A stretch of 64,000 bases of DNA from assembly GCA_016748015.1 (NCBI GenBank), contig JAAOMT010000570.1, positions 438,043-502,042 on the forward strand. The letters run 5' to 3'. Within the stretch, counting starts at the first letter, position 1. Every line of letters begins with the position of its first letter. This document shows positions 1 to 11,166 of this stretch, in pieces. Made by a program: the position numbers and the translations under genes. The stretch is from Geosiphon pyriformis uo1. Taxonomy: Eukaryota > Fungi > Glomeromycota. Below the pieces are notes generated by a model. The model worked only from the letters and a program-made list of their open reading frames with translations, was not told the origin of the DNA and ran no database searches.

Positions 1-1163
1 GTGAATGGGCTTTTTCAGTTGTAGTGGTATCCAAGAAAGATGGAACACTACACTTCTGTGTCAACTACTGCCAATTAAATGCCATCACTGAAAGAGACAT
101 GTACCCATTTCCCAAGATTGATGCAATGTTAGACCAATTCAAAGATGCTGCTTTCTTCTCAACCATTGACTTAACTGCTGAATTCTGGCAAGTAGAGATG
201 GATCCAGAAAGCAGAAAGAAAACTGCCTTCATCACCAAGTATGGCACCTATGAATTCACAGTCATACTTTTTGGTCTCACCAACGCCCCTCCTATCTTTC
301 AATGCTTAATGGATAAAGTATTTGAATCAGTTAAGGAAAACTTTGTTCTAGTCTATTTGGATGACATAATGGTATACTCAAAAACCTGGGATGAACACCT
401 GGAACATTTGCAAAAGGTTTTTGACCTCCTCAGAAATGCTGGCCTCAAGATCAACCCAATCAAATCTTTCTTTGGAAGACAATCCACCCAGTTCCTTGGT
501 CATCTTATCACAAAAGATAGAATCTTTCCTGATCCAGCCAAAGTTGAAAAAGTCCAAAACATCAAACAACCAATGAACATTCATGAACTATGCTCTTTTC
601 TTGGTTTGGCCTCTTATTATCACAAATTTGTCAAGGATTTCTCCAAAATCGCCTCTCCTCTCAATCAGCTACTCAGGAAAAATGTCAATTACCATTGGGG
701 AACACATCAACAAAAAGCCTTTGAAACTTTAAAGAAAAAACTGGTTACAGAACCCATCCTCAAGCAACCTAATCTAGATCGACCCTTTATCCTCCACATT
801 GATGCATCTGGCTTTGGACTTGGTGCTGTTTTCTCCCAGAAAGATGAAAATGGCAAGGAACATGCTATAGTCTATGTCAGTAAAACTCTTTCCCCAGCAG
901 AACAGAACTATTCAGTTACTGAACAAGAATGCTTAGCAGTAGTATGGTCCACCAGTTACTGGAGTAAGTATCTTCTTGGTGTGAAGCTTTTGGTAGTAAC
1001 AGATCACCAAGCTTTGGTTTGGCTGCACAACAAAAAGAGGCTAAAACACAAATGGATAACTCACTGAATACTCCACTTGGATGAATTCGACTATAATATT
1101 CAACATCACAAAGGAGCTAATCATCAAAATGCTGATGCTCTCTCCAGACTTACCATCCAGTGA
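1..1163 (+). pseudogene. A1 reverse transcriptase-RNase H (degenerate)
   Basis: ORF 24..1067 has FGLTNAP, VYLDDI and DASGFGLGAV. Premature TGA at 1065; the frame continues to NADALSRLTIQ* at 1161-1163. Confidence 0.93.
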
Positions 1164-1229
1164 CAGAACAACCCTCTTAAACCAAACCAACTTAATTATT
1201 AGTAATTCCTCTTTTTGACAAACATGATA

Positions 1230-2418
1230 ATGGACTTGGACAACTACTCTGCCTTAATGGAATTTTTGGGTAAAGGACAATACCCACTGAAATACACATG
1301 ACAACAAAGAGAACAATTGTGCAAACAATCAAATTTCTATTTGATCCACCAGAACCAATTATATAAAAGATCTTGACCGCCCCCAGAGAGTCATCAGATT
1401 TGAAGAAAAAGAAATTGTGATCTACAATATGCACACTGATCCATTAGCTGGACACTTTGGAAAAACAAAAACAATTCAGAAAACTCTAGCTCGCTATTAT
1501 TGGCCTACCTTGGAAAAAGACATTGCTGAATACATCAAAACCTGTGATATCTGCCAAAGAAGAGGAAAACCCAATCGCAAAGAAGATATCCATCCAATCT
1601 CTGTTGGTCAACCCTTTGACAGAATTGGTATAGATGTTGTTGGACCTTTAACAATAACTCCTGATGGCAACAAATACATTATCACAGCTACTGACTATCT
1701 TACAAAGTGGGTAGAAGCAAGAGCCACTTCAGACCAAACAGCAGTCTCAATAGCCAATTTCATTTATGAAGATATCATTTGTCACCACGGCTGCTCCAAA
1801 GAACTTTTATCTGACAGAGGAAGAGCTTTTCTCAGTACACTTGTTGAAAAACTTTGCAGAAAAATGGGAATACGTCACAAACTTTCCTCTTCTTATCACC
1901 CCCAAACAAATGGCCTAGTGGAACATTTCAATAGAACACTATGTGAAACCCTAGCCAAAACCAGCAAAGAAACAAACTTATGGGACAAAGTACTGCCTTC
2001 AGCTTTGTTTGCTTATAGAACTGTGAATCATGACATAACAAGTTATGAACCCTTTTATCTACTCTATGGATGAATGGCAACCCTACCAATAGAAACTGAC
2101 ATTGAGACAATACCCTTTGAAGAAATAACAATAGGGAATTACAAAGACATTTTGCAAAGAAGACTTGGTACCATTCTTGAGAAGCTTAAGAAAAAAAAAA
2201 CATATAAAACACTTTTCTTAAGTGTTGGTGACTTAGTTTTAGAATACCGTTCAGACAGAGACAATGTCTATGGTGATAAATTCTCTAGCTGGTGGAAAGG
2301 ACCCTTTATAGTCAACAAAGTTTTGAACAATGGTTCTTATATCTTACAAGATCAATATGGAACAATCTTCAATGATCGCCCTGTTCATGGCACACGACTC
2401 AAGAAATATCACAAATGA
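1230..2418 (+). pseudogene. A1 integrase, stand-alone ORF (HHCC, DDE core, GPF motif, no chromodomain)
   Basis: H-x5-H...CDIC, PFDRIGIDVVGPL, LLSDRG, YHPQTNGLVE and WKGPFIV. ATG at 1230. Confidence 0.92.
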
Positions 2419-2519
2419 CCTGATTGGGTACCTATTGTGGTAATACTGACCCAAATGATCAACAAAAATCAGATATAAATAAATGCACTATTCCCAAAAC
2501 AGAGGTATCTTCAATCAAC

Positions 2520-3176
2520 ATGAACAATTATTTCTTAGATCAAAACATTCAAAACGCTTTCTATACTCTCTATAAGTACTGGATCAAAAATTATCCAAAT
2601 GTTACTCTGACCATTGGAAAACAAACCACCATAACTGATAACAGTGGAACACATACTGTTATTAAACCAAAGAAAACCACTACCAAAAGAGAAAGAATTG
2701 GTAGCAAAATGGATAAGTATTTGCTGAAAAGCATAACAGCAGCAATACTTATATCTTCCATGACAATTGAAAAAATGATTAAGGAAATCTTGCTTATAGA
2801 CAAAAACTTGTCATATGAAAGACAACTAAAACTCTATGGTCATCTTGGTAAAATCATAGAAGAAATGAAGCTCATGAAGAAAACAACTTCAGAGATACAT
2901 GTGGAAATTTTGGGCATTATATGTTTAGATGTCCCAAGAGTTTTGACCATTGTAAGAAGAGCCAAAACTCTTATACAAAGATTTGGTCTCTTGGATACAA
3001 AGCTTATTTCGCCTCAAGTACTATACACTCTATCCACAAAAGACTTCAACAAACTAGTTAGTTTTGAGTTAGACAAAACCCTTCAATTAGAATACCCTAT
3101 ATATAGCTTGATTTTGCCAGAGCTCAATCTCTTTGGAGAGAATGATGTTATGGTTGAAACCCATAATTTTTATTAG
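2520..3176 (+). CDS. A1 ORF3, 218-aa protein of unknown function downstream of integrase
   Basis: Open from AAC-ATG (MNNYFLDQNIQ...) through the PPT to a stop inside the LTR. Same 657-nt length in copies A3 and A4. Confidence 0.75.
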   Translation: MNNYFLDQNIQNAFYTLYKYWIKNYPNVTLTIGKQTTITDNSGTHTVIKPKKTTTKRERIGSKMDKYLLKSITAAILISSMTIEKMIKEILLIDKNLSYERQLKLYGHLGKIIEEMKLMKKTTSEIHVEILGIICLDVPRVLTIVRRAKTLIQRFGLLDTKLISPQVLYTLSTKDFNKLVSFELDKTLQLEYPIYSLILPELNLFGENDVMVETHNFY

Positions 3177-3835
3177 TTATTACATGTATTAGCCACTAAT
3201 GTCATATAATTAGCCACTCTATTTTTAGATAGTGATCATTGACCTGATCAATGACCTGACTGTTGACTTGATCATTGACCTGATCATTGACCTAGTCGTT
3301 GACCTGGTTGTTGATCACTTTCATTAGCTATATAAGCAATGAGTCTCTTAGCAGTAGAAAATCATCTCTCAAACAAGAATCAAATAAATAAAAATAACAA
3401 CTTTCATCTCAATCACTCTCTTATCACTAATTTCCCTTTCCCTACCTTCAAGTATCCGAACATCTTAGGATAAAAAATTACTTGTTGGTCTTTTTCTGAC
3501 ATATATAATTGTAGCATTTGAAGATTATTTGAATAAACATGACTGAAAAGCACAAGTTGATACCTGATATTGAATTCTAAGAGCACTAATGTGAGGCATA
3601 GAATTATACCAGTGGTGATCAATTGTTGACAGTATGGACTATCCCTCTACCTTCAGATTCCCCAGTTACCTTTGAAAAGAATAGTGATTGAGATATTTTA
3701 TAAGACTGATCTCGCACATTGAATCCATACTCATTCAATTCGCTCATTGAAGTTGAATTCCCTTTGATTATTTCTATCACCCTACAATCCTGTTCTTACT
3801 TGCTATTCATTAGCTTGTTACTCCAACCTGTAACA
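3146..3835 (+). repeat. Family A 3' LTR (690 bp) with 7 x 12-bp GATCATTGACCT array upstream of a TATA box
   Basis: TGTTA...TAACA termini; homologous to the LTRs at 4878, 8498, 15445, 29560, 30742 and 47669. Confidence 0.95.
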
Positions 3836-4854
3836 ATATAATAAATCAGTTCTCAATCCTTTTGTGAAGAAGTGGATCTTTTGCTCTTCAGTCCAGTTTC
3901 TACCAGAGTCTACACACTTGATGAGTTTTCTGATTGCTTTGGCATATTTGGTCACAACTTTACCAGGACCTTGGGTTCTTCTTTTTAATTCCATATGCCA
4001 TTTGGATATTAAGATGGGGATTCTGAATTTGTTTTCAAACTGGGTAGTGAAAGAGGTGTTGTTTTCTTCAATATTTGCTGGGATTCATCTAACAATTCTT
4101 TGTTGAGCACCAGCATTGGTTTCTTGTAAAAACCAGATAGCAGGGGAGCCTTGGAGGTAGCCACCAATGATTTGGAACTTGTATTCATCATCATACTAGT
4201 TTGCAGTGGCTGCTCTTTCAAAATTGTCCAACCATTCAATTGGATCTTGGGCATCACTTCTGAATAGGGGTAGTGGGGTGTTGTTTCTTCACCCCAAAGC
4301 AGTTTGTATGCCTTGGAGGGCGGCCAAAATGTTTGCTTGCATGGGGTCTTGGGCCATTGGTTCAGGGGTTACTGTTTGAGTGGAATGTTCTGATTCACTT
4401 AAAAAGAGATCAAAAATAGAAGCAGTTTGGTAACTTTCTTCTTCTGTTTCAAGGGGAGTTATAGTTGATTGGTGAGCAGCAACCCAAATGTGTATTTGAT
4501 GATTCAGATATTCGAAATCAGAGGGCTGTTGTGTGAAAGTTGTGGAGTATAAAAGCTGATTGATGCTATTATTTCTTTCTTCAAAGTTGTCTTCAAAATA
4601 AGCTTGGTCAAAGTAATAAGTTATATATGCTGTATAGGTTTCAGCTAAGTGCTCATTCAGAAACCAGTTCCAAAAGTCTTGGAATTGTCTACTAGATTGT
4701 TCTTCAAGAGGAAAGCAGATCAAGCAGGAGGGCAAGGGATTGAGTTTAATAAAGTCTAGATCATTTCTGTTGTGTGCTGCAAAGTGTTCTTCTGATTGCT
4801 GTGGCAGGTATAAATAATCACCCATACAATAAGGAAATAAGTGAATTTTGACAA

Positions 4855-4871
4855 CCTCACAGGGAGCACCA
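4855..4871 (-). promoter_or_regulatory. Family A primer-binding site TGGTGCTCCCTGTGAGG
   Basis: Starts with TGG (complement of tRNA CCA), 6 nt (TAAAAG) from the LTR end. Same motif at 31476-31492 and ~15422-15438. Confidence 0.8.
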
Positions 4872-5215
4872 CTTTTATGTTACGGGTTGGAGTAACAAGC
4901 TAACAGATATCAAGGAAGAACAGAATTGTAGGGTGATGGAAATAATCAAAGAGAATTTCAACTTTAAAGAGTGAATTGAATGAGTATGGATTCAATATGC
5001 GAGATCAGTCTCATAAAATATCTCAGTCACTATTCTTTTTAAAGATAACTGGGGAATCTGAAGGTAGAGGGATAGTCTGTACTGTCAACAATTAATCACC
5101 ACTGGTATAATTCTATGCCTCACATTGGCACTCTTAAAATTCAATATCAGGTATTAACTTGTGCTTTTCAGTCACATTTATTCAAATAATCATCAAATGC
5201 TACAATTATATATAT

Positions 5216-6089
5216 TGTTACTCATAGAATATAGGAAGTATATTAACATATAAATTAGCTAATCAGAAGGAGACATAGTAAATGTGGAATTCCAGGATTC
5301 CTCTCAGAGAAATTGCAGGATTCCAGGAATTCCAGAATTCTTAGTGTGAAGAATTGAGGAATTGAGGAATCTCAATTATGTATATATATAGCAGTAGTAT
5401 CAGAAGCTAGAAAATTAGAAAAAAAATAGACTCCCAAAAGTCAATTAGGCTCAAAGTTAAGAAGACTGAGAGTCAGTAGGACTCTCAGAGTCAATTAGAC
5501 TCACAGGTCATAATTATTAAATACCCTTCCTTCAAAAGATAGAATACTATAACTTGAAGTGAAATCACTTTTATATTAATGAAATTATCCATTATCTTCA
5601 AATTAATGTTATTATCCATTACTTAACCTGCTGGCACAATAGCTCTTGATCACAGCTATTGACAGAACACTTATTTCTTATTTTATTTTCTTATTTCTTT
5701 ATTTTCTTTTATTTTCTTTATTTTATTTTATTTTCTTTTGTTGTTTATTAAATTGATTAAAAGGATTAAGCACTGAGTTATTAATGTCAAGGATAGCCTG
5801 GTAAAAGACCCAGAAATAAGGGTAGAATTATATATATTAACAGATAGCTTACCAGAAGGGCACAACTGCCAGAATAAATCCGGCTGCCAAGCTAAGAAAG
5901 AAATTGGGCATAATTGTGACTCCAGAAAAACTACTATCATCACCACTGAATCTCTGTCATTATACAAAGAACTCAATCAAAACCTTCAGATAACAATACC
6001 TTCAGATATTACTAACAACATTATATCAATTGAGCACCAAGTTACGGGTTTGTTATTTGATTTGAGACCCCAAATAATCACCTGTAACA
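5216..6089. mobile_element. Solo LTR of a fourth family (D), 874 bp, inserted in the A2 LTR
   Basis: TGTTAC...GTAACA termini; 4-bp flanks ATAT/ATGT; the A LTR resumes exactly after it. Contains GAATTCCAGGA-type and GACTC...AGTCAATTA repeats. Confidence 0.85.
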
Positions 6090-6492
6090 ATGTCAGGAAA
6101 AGGCCAACAAGTAATCTTTTATCTTTAAGATGTTCAGATACTTGAAGGTAGGGAAAGGGAAATTAGCAATAAGAGAAGGATTGAGATGAAAGTTGTTATT
6201 TTATTTATTCTTAATTATTTAGATGCTTATTATTACATGCTTTTCTACAACTAAGAAATTCATCACTTATATTGCTGTCAAAAGTGGTCAATGATCAGGT
6301 CAATGATCAGGTTAATGATCAGGTCAATGATCAGGTCATTGATCAGGTCAATAATCAGGTTAACAGTCAGGTCAACGGTCAGATCATTGATCAGGTCAAT
6401 GATCACTTTCTAAAAATAGTGTGGCTATTCATATAACATCAGTGGCTAATACATGTGATAATTAATAAGAAGTATAGGTCTTAACCATAACA

Positions 6493-7414
6493 ATATTATC
6501 TGTTTCCATAGATTTAGGTTCTTCAGTAGTAAGACTACTTCAGCTACTCTGTTTTTTCACTTGTTTCAGCAATTTCATAATGGGTTTTAATGTTTTTTTG
6601 ATTTTTTTGATTTCCCTCTTTGGATTGTATGCCTCTTTTTCTTTAGCCAAGTTAGACTTAGATATAATACTCTGGCTTAGTAACCTATTCTCCACCTCTC
6701 TTTTTTCCTCTGAAATGTGGCTCTGCTGTTGAGTGACTATTATGTCTTTTTTCTTTTCTACTGTTACTCCAAGTTTGGCAGTTACTGCACTCAGCAGTTT
6801 GGCCATTTCATTGACCTGCTGTTTCAACTCATCAATTTCAGCCTTCCATAGTTGGTTGATTCCTTTTTTTTGTTGGTCTTCTTTGTTGTTTACTTGTGGA
6901 CCAGGTTTTTGAGATCTGTTTGAATTTGTGTTGTTTAAATTATGGAGAGGTCTAAGTGCAGCCATTTCAGCATATGATCTTCCACCAAAGACTTTGATGG
7001 TATTCTCTGGAACATTCCTCCTAACATACAGCTTTGCCAATCTAATACTGTTGGTAACTTTCTTGTTATCTCCTTCTTTTTTCTTGTGTAAAGTTGGACA
7101 TTTGAAGACTAAATGTCCTACTTGGTAACAGAAGTGATACTCTTTGGCATCAATAGGCATCCAGTGAACCAATTTGTCTCCAATTACTAAGGGCTTAGTA
7201 GTAGTATTGTTGCAACTAGCTTCACTATCAAAACCAATGTAAGCACAGCTCATTCTTGTGTAATTCTTGCTAGTTCTTGGGATGAAGCAAGATTGGGCTT
7301 TGATCTGATCCAGAGTGGTACTCAAGTAGTGAGCAGTACAGTTTTGTAGTAAACCTACTAGTTTAGCTTTCCAGGTTTTTTTCTGCTCAATAGTATTCTG
7401 GGTACCAATTATTA
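6493..7414 (-). pseudogene. Non-LTR (LINE-like) element L-b, ORF1 C-terminal part
   Basis: RRM-like SCFIPRT...CAYIGF, decayed zinc knuckle YHFCYQVGHLVFKC and a coiled-coil-like tail. Continues at 17564-18201 across the L-a insertion. Confidence 0.75.
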
Positions 7415-9134
7415 GTCTTTTAAAAAACTCTTTCTCTTCTAATTTTCATGACCACAAATAGAGCTAAGAGTAAAAAAGTTGCAAACATTGCTTTTTCTAT
7501 AGTAACTAATAAAGTTTTAACACAAGAAGGTCTCTCTGTTATTGAAGCAACTAGACAAAACATTCTGGCAACATTTTTTTAAAAAAATATTAGTGATAAG
7601 CTGCCTTTAGCAGCTTTTGGTTCATTTTCTTCTCTTTTGGCTGGAAGTTCTTCTTCAGTCAAAGTTCCTTCAAAAAAGCACACTCAGGTTAGTCTCAGTG
7701 TTGTCTCTACCACTTTAAAAAGCCCAAAAATTTTTAATAACAGACCAGTCAACAAGTTGGTCTTTCCTGCTCTCATCACTCCCACTACTATTTCTACTAC
7801 TACTGCTTCACAAATGGCCACAAAAGTGAAAAATTCCAAAAAACAGCAGCAGACAGTCACAACTGCTATGGTCACACTGAATCTCTGTGGTTCCAGATGA
7901 GATCTTTAGTAAGATCTCCACAGCAGCAGCCAGTTCTCTTCCTGATATAGATGGCAACAGCAGCAAAACATCTCCCAAGATGGGCCAAGATCAACCACTG
8001 GCTGTATTGCCAGATGTGGTACTCTCTGACAGATCATCACCAATCTTAGTAGCAAAACAGCCCATCAATTCAGATGATCTCAAAGATTAGGCTAATCAGA
8101 TGGAAATAGAATCAACTGTTCCTCCCCCAGTTTCTGGTGCTGCTAATAGTGGTGCTTGAGAAAATGTAAATGGTCATCAGAGATTCTCTGGTTGGGTGGC
8201 CTCCAATCTAGTACTTGATATTACATTTAAGATCAAAATGGCTCTGCTTGGTTCTTTGTTTCAGTTGCTGTCTGGTTGTATTGGGCTTAAGTCAGTTTCA
8301 CAAGATGCTGTTAAGTTGTTTTGTGTGAAATTTGCATCTCAGGAGAGTCTAAATGGTGCCACCAAAGTGGCCATCAGTGATGAGATTTTTTTGACCACTC
8401 TTAAGATTGCACAGTCTTCTGGTGTGGTCTCTGTTTTTTCCTCTTCCTTGTTAGTTGTACTGCATAATATATCTTTGGGTACCTCTTTTGATGATATTGT
8501 TATGAGTTGGAGTAACAAGCTAACAGATAGCAAGGAAGAACAAGATTGTAGGGTAATGAAAGAAATCAAAAAGAATTCAACTTTAAAGAGTGAATTGAAT
8601 AAGTATGGATTTAATGTGTGAGATCAGTCTTATAAAATATCTCAGTTACTATACTTTTCAAAAGATAACCAAAGAATTTGAAAATAGAGGAATAGTTCAT
8701 ACTGTTAACAAATGATCATGCCTGGTATAATTCTATGTCTCACATCAGCACTTTTAGAATTCAATATCAGGTATTAGATGTACTCTTCAGTTACATTTTA
8801 TTCAATAATCTTCAAATGCTGCAATTACATGTTTCAAAAAAAGGGTAAAGAATAACTAACAAGTAATTTTTTATCTTTAAGATGTTCAGATACTTGAAAA
8901 TAGAGAAAGGAAATTTAGTGATAAGAGAGAGATTGAGATGAAAGTTGTTATTTTATTTATTTAATTTCCTTAATTTCTTCATGCTTTTCTATAGCTAAAA
9001 GATTTATTGCTTATATAGCTGTCAAAAGTAATTAATAATCAGGTCAATAACTAAGTCAATGATCAGGTCAATAATCACTTACTAAAAATAAAGTGGCTAA
9101 TTTATATGACATCAGTGGCTAATACATGTAATAA

Positions 9135-9791
9135 TTAATAAGAAGTATAAGTTTTAACCATAATATCATCCTCTCCAAAGAGATTGAGCTCCAGCAAAAT
9201 TAAGCTATTCATGGTGTAATCTATTGGAAGGGTTTTATCTAACTCAAAGCTAACTAGTTTGTTAAAGTCTTTTGTGGATAAGGTATATAATACTTGAAAC
9301 AAAATGAGTTTTGTATCCAAGAAACCAAATCTTTGTATTGGAGTTTTGGCTCTTTTAGCAATAATTAAAACTCTTGGGACATCTAACCATATAATGTCCA
9401 AAATTTCTGCCTGTATCTCTAAAGTTGTTTTCTTCATGAGTTTCATATTCTCTATGATTTCACCAAGACAACCATAGAGTTTTAATTGTCTTCCATATGA
9501 CAAGTTTTTGTCTATGGGTAAGATTTCTTGAAGTGTTTTTCTAATTGTGCTGGAAGGTAGAAGTATAGCTGCTGTTATACTTTTCAACAGATATTTATCT
9601 ATTTTACTACCAATTCTTTCTTTTTTGATAGTAGTTTTCTTTGGTCTAATAACAGTATGTGTTCTGCTGTTATCAGTTATAGTGGTTTGTTTTCCAATGG
9701 TCAGAGTAGTATTTGGATAGTTTTTAATCCAATACTCATGGAGAGTATAGAAGGCATTTTGAATGTTTTGATTCAGAAAATAATTGTTCAT
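9135..9791 (-). CDS. A3 ORF3 (218 aa, open)
   Basis: Colinear paralog of 2520-3176 with no internal stop. Confidence 0.75.
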   Translation of the reverse strand: MNNYFLNQNIQNAFYTLHEYWIKNYPNTTLTIGKQTTITDNSRTHTVIRPKKTTIKKERIGSKIDKYLLKSITAAILLPSSTIRKTLQEILPIDKNLSYGRQLKLYGCLGEIIENMKLMKKTTLEIQAEILDIIWLDVPRVLIIAKRAKTPIQRFGFLDTKLILFQVLYTLSTKDFNKLVSFELDKTLPIDYTMNSLILLELNLFGEDDIMVKTYTSY

Positions 9792-9892
9792 GTTGATTGA
9801 AGATACCTCTGTTTTGGGAATGGTGCATTTATTTATACTTGATTTTTGCTGATTATTTGAGTCGGTATTACCACAACAGGCAGCCAATCAGG

Positions 9893-11102
9893 TCATTTAT
9901 GATATTTTTTGAGTTGTGTACCATAAACAGGACAATCATTGAAGATTGTTCCAGATTGATTTTAAAGAATATAAAAACCATTGTTCAAGACTTTGTTGAC
10001 TATAAAGAGTCTTTTCCATTGGCTAGAAAATTTATCACCATAAACATTGTTTCTGTGTTTTATAGATTTTTTTTTTTAAGCTTTTCTTAGAACTGTTTTA
10101 TTTTTTCAAAAGCAATTATTTGTGTTTCTATCAAGGAGTCAAGAATGGTACCAAGTCTTCTTTGCAAAATGTCTTTGTAATTTCCTATTGTGATCTCTTC
10201 AAAGGGTATTTGTTTCAATGTCAGTTTCTATTGGTAGTGTTGTCATGTATCCATAGAGCAGATAAAAAAGTTTATAACTTATTATGTTATGATTTACAGT
10301 TCAATAAACAAACAAAGCTGAAGGCAGTATTTTGTCTTATAAGTTTGTTTCTTTATTGGTTTTGGCTAAGGTTTCACATAATGTTTTATTAAAACGTTCT
10401 ACTAGGCCATTTGTTTGGGGGTTATAAGGAGAGGAAAGTTTATGACATATTCCCATTTTTCTACAAAATTCTTTAACCAGTGTACTAAGAAAAGCTCTTC
10501 TTCTATCAGATAAAAGTTCTTTGGGGCAGTCATGATAGCAAATGATATCTTTATAAATGAAATTGGCTATTGAGACTGCTGTTTGGTCTGAAATGGCTCT
10601 TGCTTCTACCCACTTTGTAAGATAGTCAGTAGCTGTAATAATATATCTGTTGTCATTAGGAGTAATTGTTAAAGATTCAACAACATCTATACCAATTCTG
10701 TTAAAGGATTGACCAACAGAGATTGGATAGATATCTTCTTTGTGATTGGGTTTTCTTCTTCTTTGACAAATGTCATAGATTTTAATATATTCAGCAATAT
10801 CTTTTCTTATAGTAGGCCAATAATAATGAGCTAAAGTTTTCTGAATTGTTTTTGTTTTTCCAAAGTGTCTAGCTAATGGGTCAGTGTGCATGTTGTATAT
10901 TATAATTTCTTTTTCTTCAAATTTGATGACTCTCTGGAAGTGATCAGGATCTTTTCTGTTTCTTTTGTATAATTGATTCTGGTGGATCAAATAAAAATTT
11001 GATTGTTTGCACAAATGTTTTTTTTTGCTGTCGAGTGTATTCAGGTGGGTATTGTCCTTTATTCAAAAATTCCATTAAAGCAGAGTAGTTGTCCAAGTCC
11101 AT
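9893..11102 (-). pseudogene. A3 integrase (degenerate, separate ORF)
   Basis: ORF 10337..11014 has MHTDPLARHFG and NPQTNGLVERFN. Confidence 0.9.
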
Positions 11103-11166
11103 TATCATGTTTGTTTGTGAAGGAGTTACTAATAATTAAGTTGGTTTGGTTTAAGAGGTTGTACTG

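Larger units (their letters stand above)
1..3835 (+). mobile_element. Ty3/Gypsy LTR retrotransposon family A, copy A1 (3' half; 5' part outside window)
   Basis: Order is RT (YLDDI), RNase H, integrase, ORF3, PPT GGAGAGAATGA (3135-3145), then 3' LTR 3146-3835 (TGTTA...TAACA). It is inserted into the gag of opposite-strand copy A2; right flank is ATAT. Confidence 0.95.
3836..6492 (-). mobile_element. Family A copy A2 (5' LTR, primer-binding site and 5' gag; interrupted by A1 and by solo LTR D)
   Basis: gag starts MGDYLYLPQQSEEH at 4825. Primer-binding site (PBS) at 4855-4871. LTR is 4878-5215 plus 6090-6492. Confidence 0.92.

Noticed and set aside
65-584. Recurrent antisense ORFs opposite RT (also 12083-12265, 34657-35161)
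   Set aside because: Shadow frames of the conserved pol sequence; recurrence just reflects paralogous copies.
2520-3176. ORF3 as a retroviral envelope gene
   Set aside because: Too short, with no signal peptide, transmembrane anchor or evident fusion-protein features; only its position matches env.
6284-6405. CRISPR-like look of short regular repeats in LTRs
   Set aside because: Head-to-tail 12-bp units with no unique spacers, inside eukaryotic LTRs, and no cas genes.
8196-8621. Chimeric ORFs crossing element junctions (also 29293-29676, 36441-36956, 18019-18258)
   Set aside because: Produced by read-through across insertion boundaries; not genuine genes.
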